From: Octopus bimaculoides
Taxonomy: Eukaryota
Reading direction: 5' to 3'
Assembly (NCBI RefSeq): GCF_001194135.2
Contig: NC_068981.1
Coordinates: 112,655,146 to 112,690,459 of the forward strand
DNA: 35,314 nucleotides
Shown: piece after piece, positions 12,017-22,510 of the stretch
Numbering within the stretch: the first letter of the stretch is position 1
Layout: each line of letters starts with the position of its first letter
Notes under the pieces: generated by a model
The model's database searches: none
What the model saw: only the letters and a program-made list of their open reading frames with translations
Told to the model about the DNA's origin: nothing
Translations under genes and position numbers: made by a program

Positions 12017-12743
12017 TTATTTAAAAGCAGCAGAAATATAACAAAAGACTGTTACTCTGAGTTTCACGTTGAACGGGAACGTGAAACTCCGAGTAACAGT
12101 CTTTTGTTATATTTCTGCTGCTTTTAAATAAGGCATATTACTCTACCTCTGGTATTTGAGTACTCTTTTTTCCACCTTGTTGCACATTTATGCACTTACT
12201 CCGGTATATATATATATATATCACTTTTATTATACTTCCTCCCCTTCTTTTCCCTCTGCTACTCTTTCTCCTTACACAGCCTTGGTCACGTGTGTCCGGC
12301 TGCTATTTCTTTTCGTTCTTGGAATCACCAAGCTCGCACGTACTTTTTTGCCCCTCTTGTACGTGCTTCACAGCGTTCAATACATACACACTTCGCGTCT
12401 GGCTGTACAGCCTTTTTGTTTGTTTATTTCACCGTTTCGTTTTCCTGTCTTGTTTTCCGTCCGCCACTACCCTCCACGAAAACAATTTTAATTTGTGTTC
12501 GTGGGAAGAACCATTTTAACGATGCGTACTGCCTTAATTCTTTGAAACGCCGGAGTTTTAATGGTGGCAGCTGATGAAGGGGATGTTTCTATGTGGCCTG
12601 CTTGTTTGTTGCACCTTGTTTACCATTTTGTCCTTGTTCTTTTGCCACGTCATGCATGTACCCAGTTATGTATCTATATGTACATGTAGATGAACGTATA
12701 TACATACACGTACATATATATGCATATACTCATATATTGTTTA

Positions 12744-12760
<17 letters not shown>
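12017..12760. mobile_element. Non-coding repeat with a terminal inverted duplication and hammerhead-like core; probable Penelope-like pLTR remnant
   Basis: 54-bp inverted arms (12017-12070 / 12078-12131), CTGATGA and GAAAC motifs at 12544-12577, and a 3' segment repeated elsewhere in the window. The PLE assignment is inferred from these known PLE traits; no coding sequence is attached. Confidence 0.45.
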
Positions 12761-12789
<29 letters not shown>

Positions 12790-13600
12790 GATAGATAGAT
12801 AGATTTTCAGATCTAATCATTTTGTGTGAACACAGGTACTATGCATCATTTGCCTATTTTGCGAAATATATGTGATTGCCTATTTACAATTGACATCAAC
12901 TTACAGCTTGATCACACTAGTAACATGAACCTTCTTAACATTACCTTTGCTAATTTCCTCCAACCCAGCACCCACCCTCCTTCAGCCACCCTATCCTCAT
13001 TCTTCGAATTCCATTCTCCCATCTCCTCCTTGCCTTTTCAACCAAAACTACTCACTCTCCACTGCTAACCCATCTTCACTCCTGAAATTCCCACTTTTCA
13101 CCCTACTACAATATGATTGACCCTTACCCTCACTTAATATTTGCTCCCCTCTTTTCTCTCATTATTTCAACTTCCCTTGATAAAATTTATTACTATCCTA
13201 AATTTTTAACATCTATTCATAAAACCAGCAACATTGATTATCTTTCAAATACCACATTCTACCCCTCCCATTTATCTCCCAATTCTCCACTCCAAAGGTT
13301 AATTCACTTTTCTTATTAAGAGATTATTCCTGTACTAATTAACAATTATGTTCTAATATTTAAGAAACTTTCCAACTCTTGTTAAGGTTATTTCTTGATT
13401 CATACACAACATGTATTCTATTAGAATATATGTTGTAAATTAAAAATGCTAAGTGCTATGAAAAAAACACAGCACATAATTTGGCATGTTAACATAACAT
13501 CATTCTAGCAACCACATCACAAATAGCTGTAGAAAGTTTCTCTTCTCGTAGATTTTTTCTGTGTAAATAGTACTTTTACTTTATATATTTCCTATTTCAG

Positions 13601-13782
13601 GTTATGCTTCCTATAATTACAAACAAGAAAAATCATACAAATTGGCCATCTGTTGTGTCTGAAGATATAATTCAAGCCTCTTATTCTTTGAAAAGAAATA
13701 TTGACCTGAGTATGGGTGAAATTTTAGGAAAAACAGTGTTACCTATTCCACCTAATTTTGTGGATATAGAGAAAATTTCAAA
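13601..13782 (+). CDS. Next coding exon of the same axonemal dynein heavy chain (DNAH9/11/17 family)
   Basis: Acceptor CCTATTTCAG (13591-13600) and donor GTAAGT (13783). 182 nt, phase 0 in and phase 2 out: VMLPIITNKKNHTNWPSVVSEDIIQASYSLKRNIDLSMGEILGKTVLPIPP, matching the family pattern VVLP.L.N.KN..NWP.VVSED.......L......G...GKT.LP.P. It joins in frame to 4759-4917. Confidence 0.88.
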
Positions 13783-14034
13783 GTAAGTTAGATTTATTTT
13801 ATTTATGATTTCTTCATACATACTTTAAAAGTGTTCTGGAGCAGGCCTCCAGTGAACTAAAGTATAATGTTAATAAAGTATTTAAGTCTATATGATTGTT
13901 TACCTTTAGGTTAGTGCTTAACATGCCGTAACCATTTCATCCTGTTTTCAAACAGTACTACTACATTATTTAATATATCCTTTTACAAGCCAAATAACCC
14001 CCATCTATTAGGATGGGGGTTATTTGTCTGCCAA

Positions 14035-14195
14035 AGCCAGTTTTGCCTTTCATACTTTTGGAATCAGTAAAATAAGTATCAGTTGACCCTGGGGTTGATG
14101 TAATTGACTTACCCTATTCCCTGAACTTGTTGACCCGGTGCCAAAATTTGATATCATTATCATTATTATCATCATCATCATCATCATTATTATCA
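14035..14195 (+). mobile_element. SINE 3' fragment with (ATC/ATT)n tail
   Basis: TTTGCCTTTCAT...AAAATAAGTATCAGTTGACCCTGGGGTTGATGTAATTGACTTA...GTGCCAAAATTTGA followed by a trinucleotide tail. It resembles an abundant octopod SINE tail recalled from memory; not verified by search. Confidence 0.6.
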
Positions 14196-14654
14196 TTTTC
14201 TGTCCTCAGCGTTCATCTATATATTCTTCTTCATTTCTCCCATTCATATTAACTTAACTTAGCTTGATCTAATTTAATTTAACTTGATTTATTTTAATTT
14301 AACTTAAATTCTGTTCAATTTAATTTTATGCTTGCTCTGTATGTCCTTTCTGTCTTCTGTCAACCTCTTTGTTAATCTTATTTAAATTCAATTTAATTTA
14401 ATTTTGGTTTGCTCCATATCTCCCTTCTGTCATTCTCTTCATTGATGCTTGCCACGTTGTTGCTTATCTGTGATGCACCTGCACATTCCCAGCCCTGCCA
14501 CCTATACAGGAATCCCTCTTCTGTATGCTCCTGCCACCTCCACCCTCCAGTAGTGTTACCTACATTGCTGCAACACAAATGCTGTAGCTTGTTACTTTGC
14601 TCCAAAGAAAACAAAACTAAGTGTGACTGTGCTGTTCTCAGTTTTATTGCTTAA

Positions 14655-14745
14655 CTAGCAGAAATACCCGGCGTTGCCCGGGTTAAAGAGAATAATGAAA
14701 TCTAAAAACGCCGTCTAGACTACGCATCATCTTTATATATAGAGA
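14655..14745 (-). mobile_element. 91-bp Helitron-derived unit with both termini
   Basis: Minus strand: A|TCTCTATATATAAAG ... ACCCGGGCAACGCCGGGT hairpin (14666-14683), 7 nt, CTAG|T. This gives 5' TC, a 3' hairpin plus CTAG, and an A/T target. Confidence 0.85.
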
Positions 14746-14789
14746 TGTATATACACACACGCACCCAAACACACGTATATATATGTATA

Positions 14790-15001
14790 TCAATATAAAT
14801 ATATGAAAGTCAATGAAGTTTCGTAAAAGAAGGTGATCATGTACATACTTTCTTGCTGTTGTGATTATAACACCTCATTGTAAACTATGTTCCTTGTTTT
14901 CCCTTGTGGAGCATATACAAATAGGTTTTTTGTTGCTGCCCACTCTTGAGCAGTCAACATACAGTTGTCCATGTGAGAAGCAGGGCTCTTCCAAGAGAAG
15001 A
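14790..15001 (-). mobile_element. Helitron RepHel PIF1-helicase C-terminal fragment
   Basis: Minus strand LLLEEPCFSHGQLYVDCSRVGSNKNLFVYAPQGKTRNIVYNEVL*, the conserved Helitron helicase end. It runs into the gap. Confidence 0.85.
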
Positions 15002-15657
15002 NNNNNNNNNNNNNNNNNNNNNNNNNNNNNNNNNNNNNNNNNNNNNNNNNNNNNNNNNNNNNNNNNNNNNNNNNNNNNNNNNNNNNNNNNNNNNNNNNNN
15101 NNNNNNNNNNNNNNNNNNNNNNNNNNNNNNNNNNNNNNNNNNNNNNNNNNNNNNNNNNNNNNNNNNNNNNNNNNNNNNNNNNNNNNNNNNNNNNNNNNNN
15201 NNNNNNNNNNNNNNNNNNNNNNNNNNNNNNNNNNNNNNNNNNNNNNNNNNNNNNNNNNNNNNNNNNNNNNNNNNNNNNNNNNNNNNNNNNNNNNNNNNNN
15301 NNNNNNNNNNNNNNNNNNNNNNNNNNNNNNNNNNNNNNNNNNNNNNNNNNNNNNNNNNNNNNNNNNNNNNNNNNNNNNNNNNNNNNNNNNNNNNNNNNNN
15401 NNNNNNNNNNNNNNNNNNNNNNNNNNNNNNNNNNNNNNNNNNNNNNNNNNNNNNNNNNNNNNNNNNNNNNNNNNNNNNNNNNNNNNNNNNNNNNNNNNNN
15501 NNNNNNNNNNNNNNNNNNNNNNNNNNNNNNNNNNNNNNNNNNNNNNNNNNNNNNNNNNNNNNNNNNNNNNNNNNNNNNNNNNNNNNNNNNNNNNNNNNNN
15601 NNNNNNNNNNNNNNNNNNNNNNNNNNNNNNNNNNNNNNNNNNNNNNNNNNNNNNNNN
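15002..15657. other. Assembly gap
   Basis: N run. Further gaps at 29272-30249, 31265-31688, 32694-32724, 34532-34541 and 34690-34789. Confidence 1.
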
Positions 15658-15951
15658 TATACATATACATCTCTCTCTCTTTCTGTCTCTCTCTTTCTCT
15701 CTTTCTCTCTCTGTGGTTTCAGTTAGTGGAATAGTTTCATTTTTAAAGTGAAAGTATTTGACATGAGTGTTTTTGTTTCACTTTTGACACGTAATACTTA
15801 AATAGTGGAGGAGATATTATGTTGCCGTGTGCTCGAACTCTGCAAGAAGTTAATAATTTTTTTTGACTAAAACACAACTGGAACCCTAAGTAAGGCATGT
15901 GTAAAATTTGAATGAAATTGGTTGCGTAGTTCTCGAGTTTTAGGGATTCAC

Positions 15952-15990
<39 letters not shown>

Positions 15991-16016
15991 CACATTCTCA
16001 TTTTTATATATATAGA
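15658..16016 (-). mobile_element. Helitron 5' end with (CTGT)n microsatellite
   Basis: Minus strand A|TCTATATATATAAAAATGAGAATGTGTGTCTGTCTGTCTG at 16016, a typical TC start followed by a tetranucleotide repeat. Same orientation as the helicase fragment across the gap. Confidence 0.7.
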
Positions 16017-16244
16017 TTAATTAGTCGCTATATATAATGAATTAACTACCCTACTCTTACCACTTATTTAACTTATTTTATTTGATTATTTTTGTGCTAA
16101 CATCACTTGTACTAATGCTGTATAGTACCTACACCTAGTGGGAGCAGCAGGTGTAATATAAATGATGGAAGATTATATGCAAGGACAACTGTTATGACAT
16201 GTTTGTTGGCAAACGCCCTTAAGAACCTTCTTTTCATATGTCAG

Positions 16245-16385
16245 AAACTGCAGTTCCCTTTCCTCATATATTCTCTCAATGCTGGCACTGTCAATGTAGA
16301 CACAGTGAAAAGTAGTTCTAGTGAGATTGCTGAGATGTTTGAATGGAGATGTATTGATGTGTGCTGCATTCAAGATTATAACTCT
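16245..16385 (+). mobile_element. Old RTE endonuclease N-terminal fragment
   Basis: LNAGTVNVDTVKSSSSEIAEMFEWRCIDVCCIQ aligns with LRVGTLNVGTQKGRSGEIVEMLERRRVDICCLQ of the RTE at 19900-20976. Confidence 0.7.
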
Positions 16386-16548
16386 AAAAACTCAACGTAA
16401 AATATTATTTATAGTTTCTTCACCAAAAATTATCCAAATATTTTATTAGCTACCTCAATTACAATTGGGTTAAATTTGAGGAAAAATTTCTTGAAAATAG
16501 TACATGTCATCTATGTTTCAAACTCTCAACTTCAACAATTATGTAAAG

Positions 16549-17290
16549 CAGGGGTTCTCAACCTTTTTTTACCTGTGGACCCACCACTGCCACCACCATT
16601 GTATTTTTATAATTAAATATTGTTAGGACTTGTATAAAATTGTTAAAATATTTTGTGTACTGTAGACCTATAACCAATTTCTTCACTAATAGAAAATGAA
16701 TGTTCACAAGTAAAATGAGTCACAGATATACAAGTATATATTTATTAAAGTAAGATAGTACTTTAGTGTTAATTTCTTTAATGCAAGTCTTGCAGTTGGT
16801 GCTTCTCTGCTAGTTTTAAAATATTCTACTCCAATGTAGTCAATGATAATTGAAGATCACCTTTTTCTACAATGTGGAGTTGATTACTAGCTTTTGACAG
16901 TAAGTTAGTGACATGGCTGAAACCATATTCAGCAAGGTAAGATAAAGGAAAAGCAGTAAAGTATAACTGCATTTCCCCACCAGAATTGTGGATACTTTGT
17001 ACCAGTGTCATTTCTTTTCCATACATTATGTTCTCCATCTTTAAATCTTGCTTGAAATATTTCATCACTCAACATTCAATGAGATTCTTCTGCAAACAGA
17101 TATCTACATCAGCAACATTAATTTCAAAAAGAAATATCATCCAATGCGGTATATTTAACTTTAGCATATATATATTTAACTTGAGCTTGCATATCATTAT
17201 GCAAGTTTTTCAAATGTTCAGTATACAAGGTCTTCATCATGCAGATTACTGTTAATTGATTCCAAACTAGGAAATTGTAATAATACTCAA
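16549..17290 (-). mobile_element. hAT Buster/Charlie transposon, 3' part with terminus
   Basis: TIR CAGGGGTTCTCAACC at 16549, preceded by ATGTAAAG (NNNTANNN, the Buster target pattern). C-terminal FTAFPLSYLAEYGFSHVTNLLSK...IVEKGDLQLSLTTLE is the hAT dimerisation region. Confidence 0.85.
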
Positions 17291-20200
17291 CATTATCATC
17301 ATCATCATCATCATTGTCATTTAACGTCCGCTTTCCATGCTAGCATGAGTTGGACGATTTGACTGAGGACTGGTGAAACCAGATAGCTACACCAGGCTCC
17401 AATCTGATTTGGCAGAGTTTCTACAGCTGGATGCCCTTCCTAACGCCAACCACTCCGGGAGTGTAGTGGGTGGTTTTACGTGCCACCAGCATGAAGGCCA
17501 GTCAGGCGGTAGTGGCAACGGCCACGCTCAAAATGGTGTATTTTACGTGCCACCTGCACAGGAGCCAGTTCGGCGGCACTGGCAACGATCTCGCTCAAAT
17601 GTCTTTACACATGCCATCCGGAACAAGTGCCAGAAAGGCGATGCTAGGCACAGGTGCCATGATGGTTTCGCTTTCGCTTGCCCCAATAGGTCTTTGCAAG
17701 CCGAGTTTCATTTCCAATGAAGGAGACGACGTTGGCATGGGTGCCAGTCGTCGAATTTAATTCGATTTCGATTTCACTTGCCTCAACAGGTCTTTGTAAG
17801 CGGAATTTAGTGTCCAATGAAGGAAGGTATGTATAAGTGGGCTGGCTGAGGCCTTAGATTTAGGTCTCACTTGGCTAGCCGGGTCTTTGCATGCACAGCA
17901 TATTTCCAAAGGCCTTGGTCAGAAGTCATCGCCTCGGTGAGGCCCAATGTTCGAAGGTCGTGCCTTACAACCTCACCCCAGATCTTCCTGGGCCTACCTC
18001 TTTCACAGGTTCCCTCAACTGCTAGGGTGTGGCACTTTTTCACACAGCTATCGTCATCCATTCTCACTACATAACCATACCAGCAAAATCGTCTCTCTTG
18101 CACACCACAACTGATGCTTCATAAGTTCAGCTTTTCTCTCAAGGTACTAACACTCTGTCTAGTATGCACACTGACATTACACATCCAGCGGAGCATACTG
18201 GCTTCATTCCTTGCGAGCTTACGCATGTCCTCAGCAGTCACTGCCCATGTTTCACTGTCATGAAGCATGGCTGTTCGTACACATGCGTCATACAGTCTGC
18301 CTTTTACTCTGAGTGAGAGGCCCCTTGTCACCAGCAGAGGTAAGAGCTCTCTGAACTTTGCCCATTCTATTCTTCTTCTTGCAGCTACACTTTCAGTGCA
18401 CCCTCCCCTACTACTAACTTGGTCACCTACATAGCGGAAGCTATCAACTATATCTAGTTTTTCTCTCTAGAATATGGCAGAAGTTGCTTTCTTCACATTT
18501 ACAGTGTTTATTGCTCCTGAACATCTGCTACATACAAAAACTAACTTCCTAGTTAACCTTCCTTTGATATTGCTGCACCTCTTATGTGTCCATAGCTTGC
18601 ACTGGGTGCATCTTATAGAGTTTCTACCTACGCCTTTTCTACAGATCAAGCAGGGCCATCTACCTGAAGTGATTTGTGTTTTTTCTACCTTCCTACTTAT
18701 TAGGACTTTGGTTTTAGCTAGGTTGACTCTAAGGCCCTTCGATTCTAGTCCTTGCTTCCACACCTGAAACTTCTCCTCTAGTTCTGATAGTAACTCAGCA
18801 ATTAGTGCAAGGTCTTCAGCAAAGAGGAGCTCCCAGGGGCAACCTGTCTTGAATTCCTCTGTTATCACCTGGGGGACTATGTTAAATCGGAGGGGGCTGA
18901 GGACTGAGCCTTGGTGGACCCCTACCTCTACCTGGAATTCTTCACTGTACTCGTTGCCAACACTCACCTTACTAACAGCATCTCTGTACATGGCTCGCAC
19001 AGCTCTCACTAACCATTCTTCTATCCCTAGTTTCCTCATTGACCACCAGATAAGGGATCGGGGGACCCTGTCAAAGGCTTTCTCCATGTCAATGAAAGCC
19101 AGGTACAGAGGTTTATCTTTGGCTAGATATTTCTCCTGCAACTGTCTTACCAGAAATATAGCGTTAGTGGTGCTTTTCCCTGGCACAAACCCAAACTGCA
19201 TCTCATCTAGACTGACTCTCTCCCTAATTAGTTGGGCAATGACCCTCTCCGTGACTTTCATTACCTGATCTAACAACTTGATACCTCTGTAATTATTTGT
19301 ATCTAAAGCGTCACCTTTACCTTTGTAGCAGTTGACTATGATGCTGCTACACCAGTCATTGGGTATGACTCCTTCGTGTATCACCTGGTTCGTAATACGG
19401 GTGACTAGGCTATAGCCAACACTGCCAGATATTTTGAGCATCTCTGCAGTGATTTCTGATGGGCCGGGGGCTTTCCCTGTCTTCATACTCTTAATTGCTT
19501 TATCTACCATGGTACTGTCAACTCGGATAGCTGGTTCCTCTGTTGGGTCGACATACGGCAGACTCTCTTTCTCCCATTGATTCTCTTTATTAAGCAATCT
19601 ATCATAGTGGCATCTCCAGACCTCTTTCTTTGCAGCCTCCTTTAGTGCAAGCGTACCATCATCCATGCGAACACATTTCTTTCCTACGACATCACTATTC
19701 TCTCTCCTACACTGTCTTGCAACACAAAATACCTCAAGTCTTTTGTCCTCATGGCGCAGAATATTGGCAAATCTTTTCTTATCTGCTTCCCCTTCTGGCT
19801 AAATAAACCTGTCGCCTAGCTTAATTCCCTGCTACCACCATTCTTCCAGTCCTTCCAAGCCTGTTTCTTTTGTCTAATAGCCCTGTGAACAACATTGTTC
19901 TACCACCATGTTATTTTGGGTTGAGAGGGGACTTTGCACCATCCACAGATCTGGTCACTGGCCCTCAGCAGGCTGTCCCGTAGAAACATCCAGTTGTCTT
20001 CTGCATCGTATGAAGCTACGTCCCCTTCTATTTCGTCAAAGGCTTCAAGTAATAAGTCTCTAAATCTCTGTCCATTTGCAGGATCTTTAAGCTTCCAGAC
20101 TCTTCTCCTCCAAGCTGGTCGTCTTCTGGGCAACCACTTAGCCCTAATCCTGAAGTCACTAACTACTAGTCTATGTTGTGGAGTGCATTCTTCGCCTGGG

Positions 20201-21305
20201 AAAGTTTTGGCATTTATAAGCAGCCATCTTTCCCTTTTTCTGGCGAGGATGTAGTCAATTTGGCTAGAGTGTCTGCCAGAACGGTAGGTGACTAGGTGAC
20301 TGGCAGGTTTCCTGAAGTTAGTATTGCAAACCATAAGGTCATTTGTGTCACAGAACTCCAGCAGTCTGGTTACCTCCTCATTGCGGGAACCAAAACCATA
20401 GCCTCCATGTGCACAATGGAAGCCCCATGTATGTTGTCCTACATGACCATTGAAGTCACCAGCCACAAAGAGAAGGTCCCTGTCATTCGTTGATGAGGTA
20501 GTCTGCAAGAGGGTGTCATAAAATCGGTCTTTCTGTCCATTGGGTAGCCCGGTCTGAGGGGCATAGGCAGAGATAATGGTTGCTAGCCCATGGTGAAGGA
20601 CTAATCTAATCTTAAGTATTCTGTTGCATACTCTGGCTACCTTGATTACCTTATCCACCCATTTCTCTGCAAGAAGCATACCCATGCCCCCGACTCCGTC
20701 TGTTTTCCCTGCCCAGAAAATCTTGTACCTGTGTTCTTTGCCTGTGAGGAATGTAGCGGAACCTCCTCTCCGCCTTACTTCTTGGAGGCAGCAGATATCG
20801 ACACGTCTCCTCTCAAGCATCTCAACAATCTCACCGGACCTACCTTTCTGTGTGCCGACATTGAGAGTACCAACCCTGAGGGTGTGGGAGGTATGGGCCC
20901 GTGGGATCTTGGGGCGGGGAACTGCCGCGTTTTGTACCTGAAAAGAGAGCTTGCATTTTGCAGAATTCATAAACAATCAGTAGCATTCATTTCAACCTGC
21001 ATCCACTACACAACATTTTGCACCATATGATCGCCACCTTACATAGGAGATAAACCCTAAATGGGGGGTGGGTGGCGTGAAGCGTTTAGAAGTGTTCATG
21101 GGAGACAGCCAGGAACTTCCGGTACTGGTGGAGGGGGTGGGAGGGCAGGTGCACCGCGATTGTGAGAGACAGAATAAAGCAGAGGGTTAGGGTATAGACA
21201 AGAGGGAGATAGGGAGAGATATTCATTAGGGACTTCTGTCGCATGGTTTGAGAGAATGGTAGTAATAGAAGCATAGAGTGATTATGCTCAGAATCACAAG
21301 GGGGA
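17291..21305 (-). mobile_element. Near full-length RTE-clade LINE, inactivated
   Basis: APE endonuclease (19900-20976: TLNVGT, GDFNGHVG, QIDYIL), RT (18467-19666: NYRGIKLL, FIDMEKAFDRVP, GVHQGSVLSP, with FAED in place of YADD), a Cys/His finger, and the C-terminus to 17867. The 3' UTR carries CTGGATGCCCTTCCTAACGCCAAC and a (GAT)n tail at 17291-17320. Several stops and frameshifts. Confidence 0.96.
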
Positions 21306-22490
21306 AATACAATATTTATCTCCTAGAGCTGCGCTTTACCTAGAAAAGCAGTAATAGCTCCTTTGGAGGATAGGAGAACAGAGTTTTTTCCTTGAAGCTG
21401 TTTGTTAATCAAATTAATTTTATCAAATATATCTGATAAATAAAATATATCACATTTAGCTGCAACCATTTGTCGGCTAAGATTGTTGTTAGCCAGGAAT
21501 GAGACAATAGTGTACCAAAGAGCAAAAAATGACACTGACAACCATCTCATCTCTGTGTGAATTACAAAGCGTTCAAACTCTTCATTTTGATTACAAAATT
21601 TATGAAAAATGCAGTCTTGTAAATAATATTACAATATTAAGGGCATCGTGCAGATGTGCACTTAATTGTTTTGCAAGTAAGTGTTGCTGGTGTTATCACA
21701 CAGTGTAAACAAAATACAACATATATTAAATTGGCAATAAAACCTCTGTATCCGCCAATCATGGATGAAGTGCTTTCATTAGCACAAGCTATTATATTTC
21801 TGAGGGGAATATTATGTTCCTTGAAATAAAGTTACAATGATTTTGAAAATTGTTTTACCTTTAGTGTCTGTTTTAAGACATCTGAATTCATTACCATCCA
21901 AAAAACAATCATATGTCAATAAAATAGCTTTACAATCTCTCAGGGTAGATTCATCAGGTTGAGAAGGAAATTTCTGTACTTGTAATTTGTATACTAGTTG
22001 CTTTTCTATATCTTAGCCATTTCATCAATGCATCATGACATTGATGAGTTACTTAAAGGAATCTTACAAGTAATTTCATTAGCATTTTATTTCATAAATG
22101 ATGAAATTATGACAGATACCACTGGCAAAATTACAGTTTCACCAATATTATGGGGTTTCCCAACCTTTGCTATCATTTTAGAAATTTTGTAGGATGCCAG
22201 TCAACCATTATTATTTTTACACAATTAATTACTAAATAACTGATACATAATTTTTCTTGCTTGGAATTTATCGTGCAGTTTTCTAAAATATTCTACTGGA
22301 TTGTTTTACTTGTCTTTGAGCTTGGTCTCAGAATGGATTTTAAGCTGAGCTGGCTTCATGCTACCATTTGACAGTACATCCATACATATGAGACACGCTG
22401 GTTTCACTTCATTAGAATGCAGCCATAAGACAGATATTCAATGGAATACTGCTGCATTTCTTCTTAGTGAGAGGGGAAGAATTTTGATTT
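21306..22490 (-). mobile_element. hAT Buster/Charlie transposase, 5' and central part (same element as 16549-17290)
   Basis: KKKC..YSIEYLSYG, PACLICMDVLSNGSMKPAQL, ASYKISKMIAKVGKPHNIGETVILP, IPLSNSS, PDESTL, HCV and HTEMRWLS. It is collinear with the C-terminal part on the other side of the RTE. Confidence 0.88.
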
Positions 22491-22510
22491 AAGCACCCTG
22501 TATAACCCCT

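Noticed and set aside
12537-12584. Standard type II hammerhead fold using GUU at 12555-12557
   Set aside because: Stem III would be only 2 bp and the segment before CUGAUGA forms no stem I hairpin. GGCAG pairs instead with upstream CUGCC.
14861-15751. Long ORFs spanning N runs (also 28983-30359, 31147-31704, 34421-34882)
   Set aside because: Artefacts of translating gaps and microsatellites.
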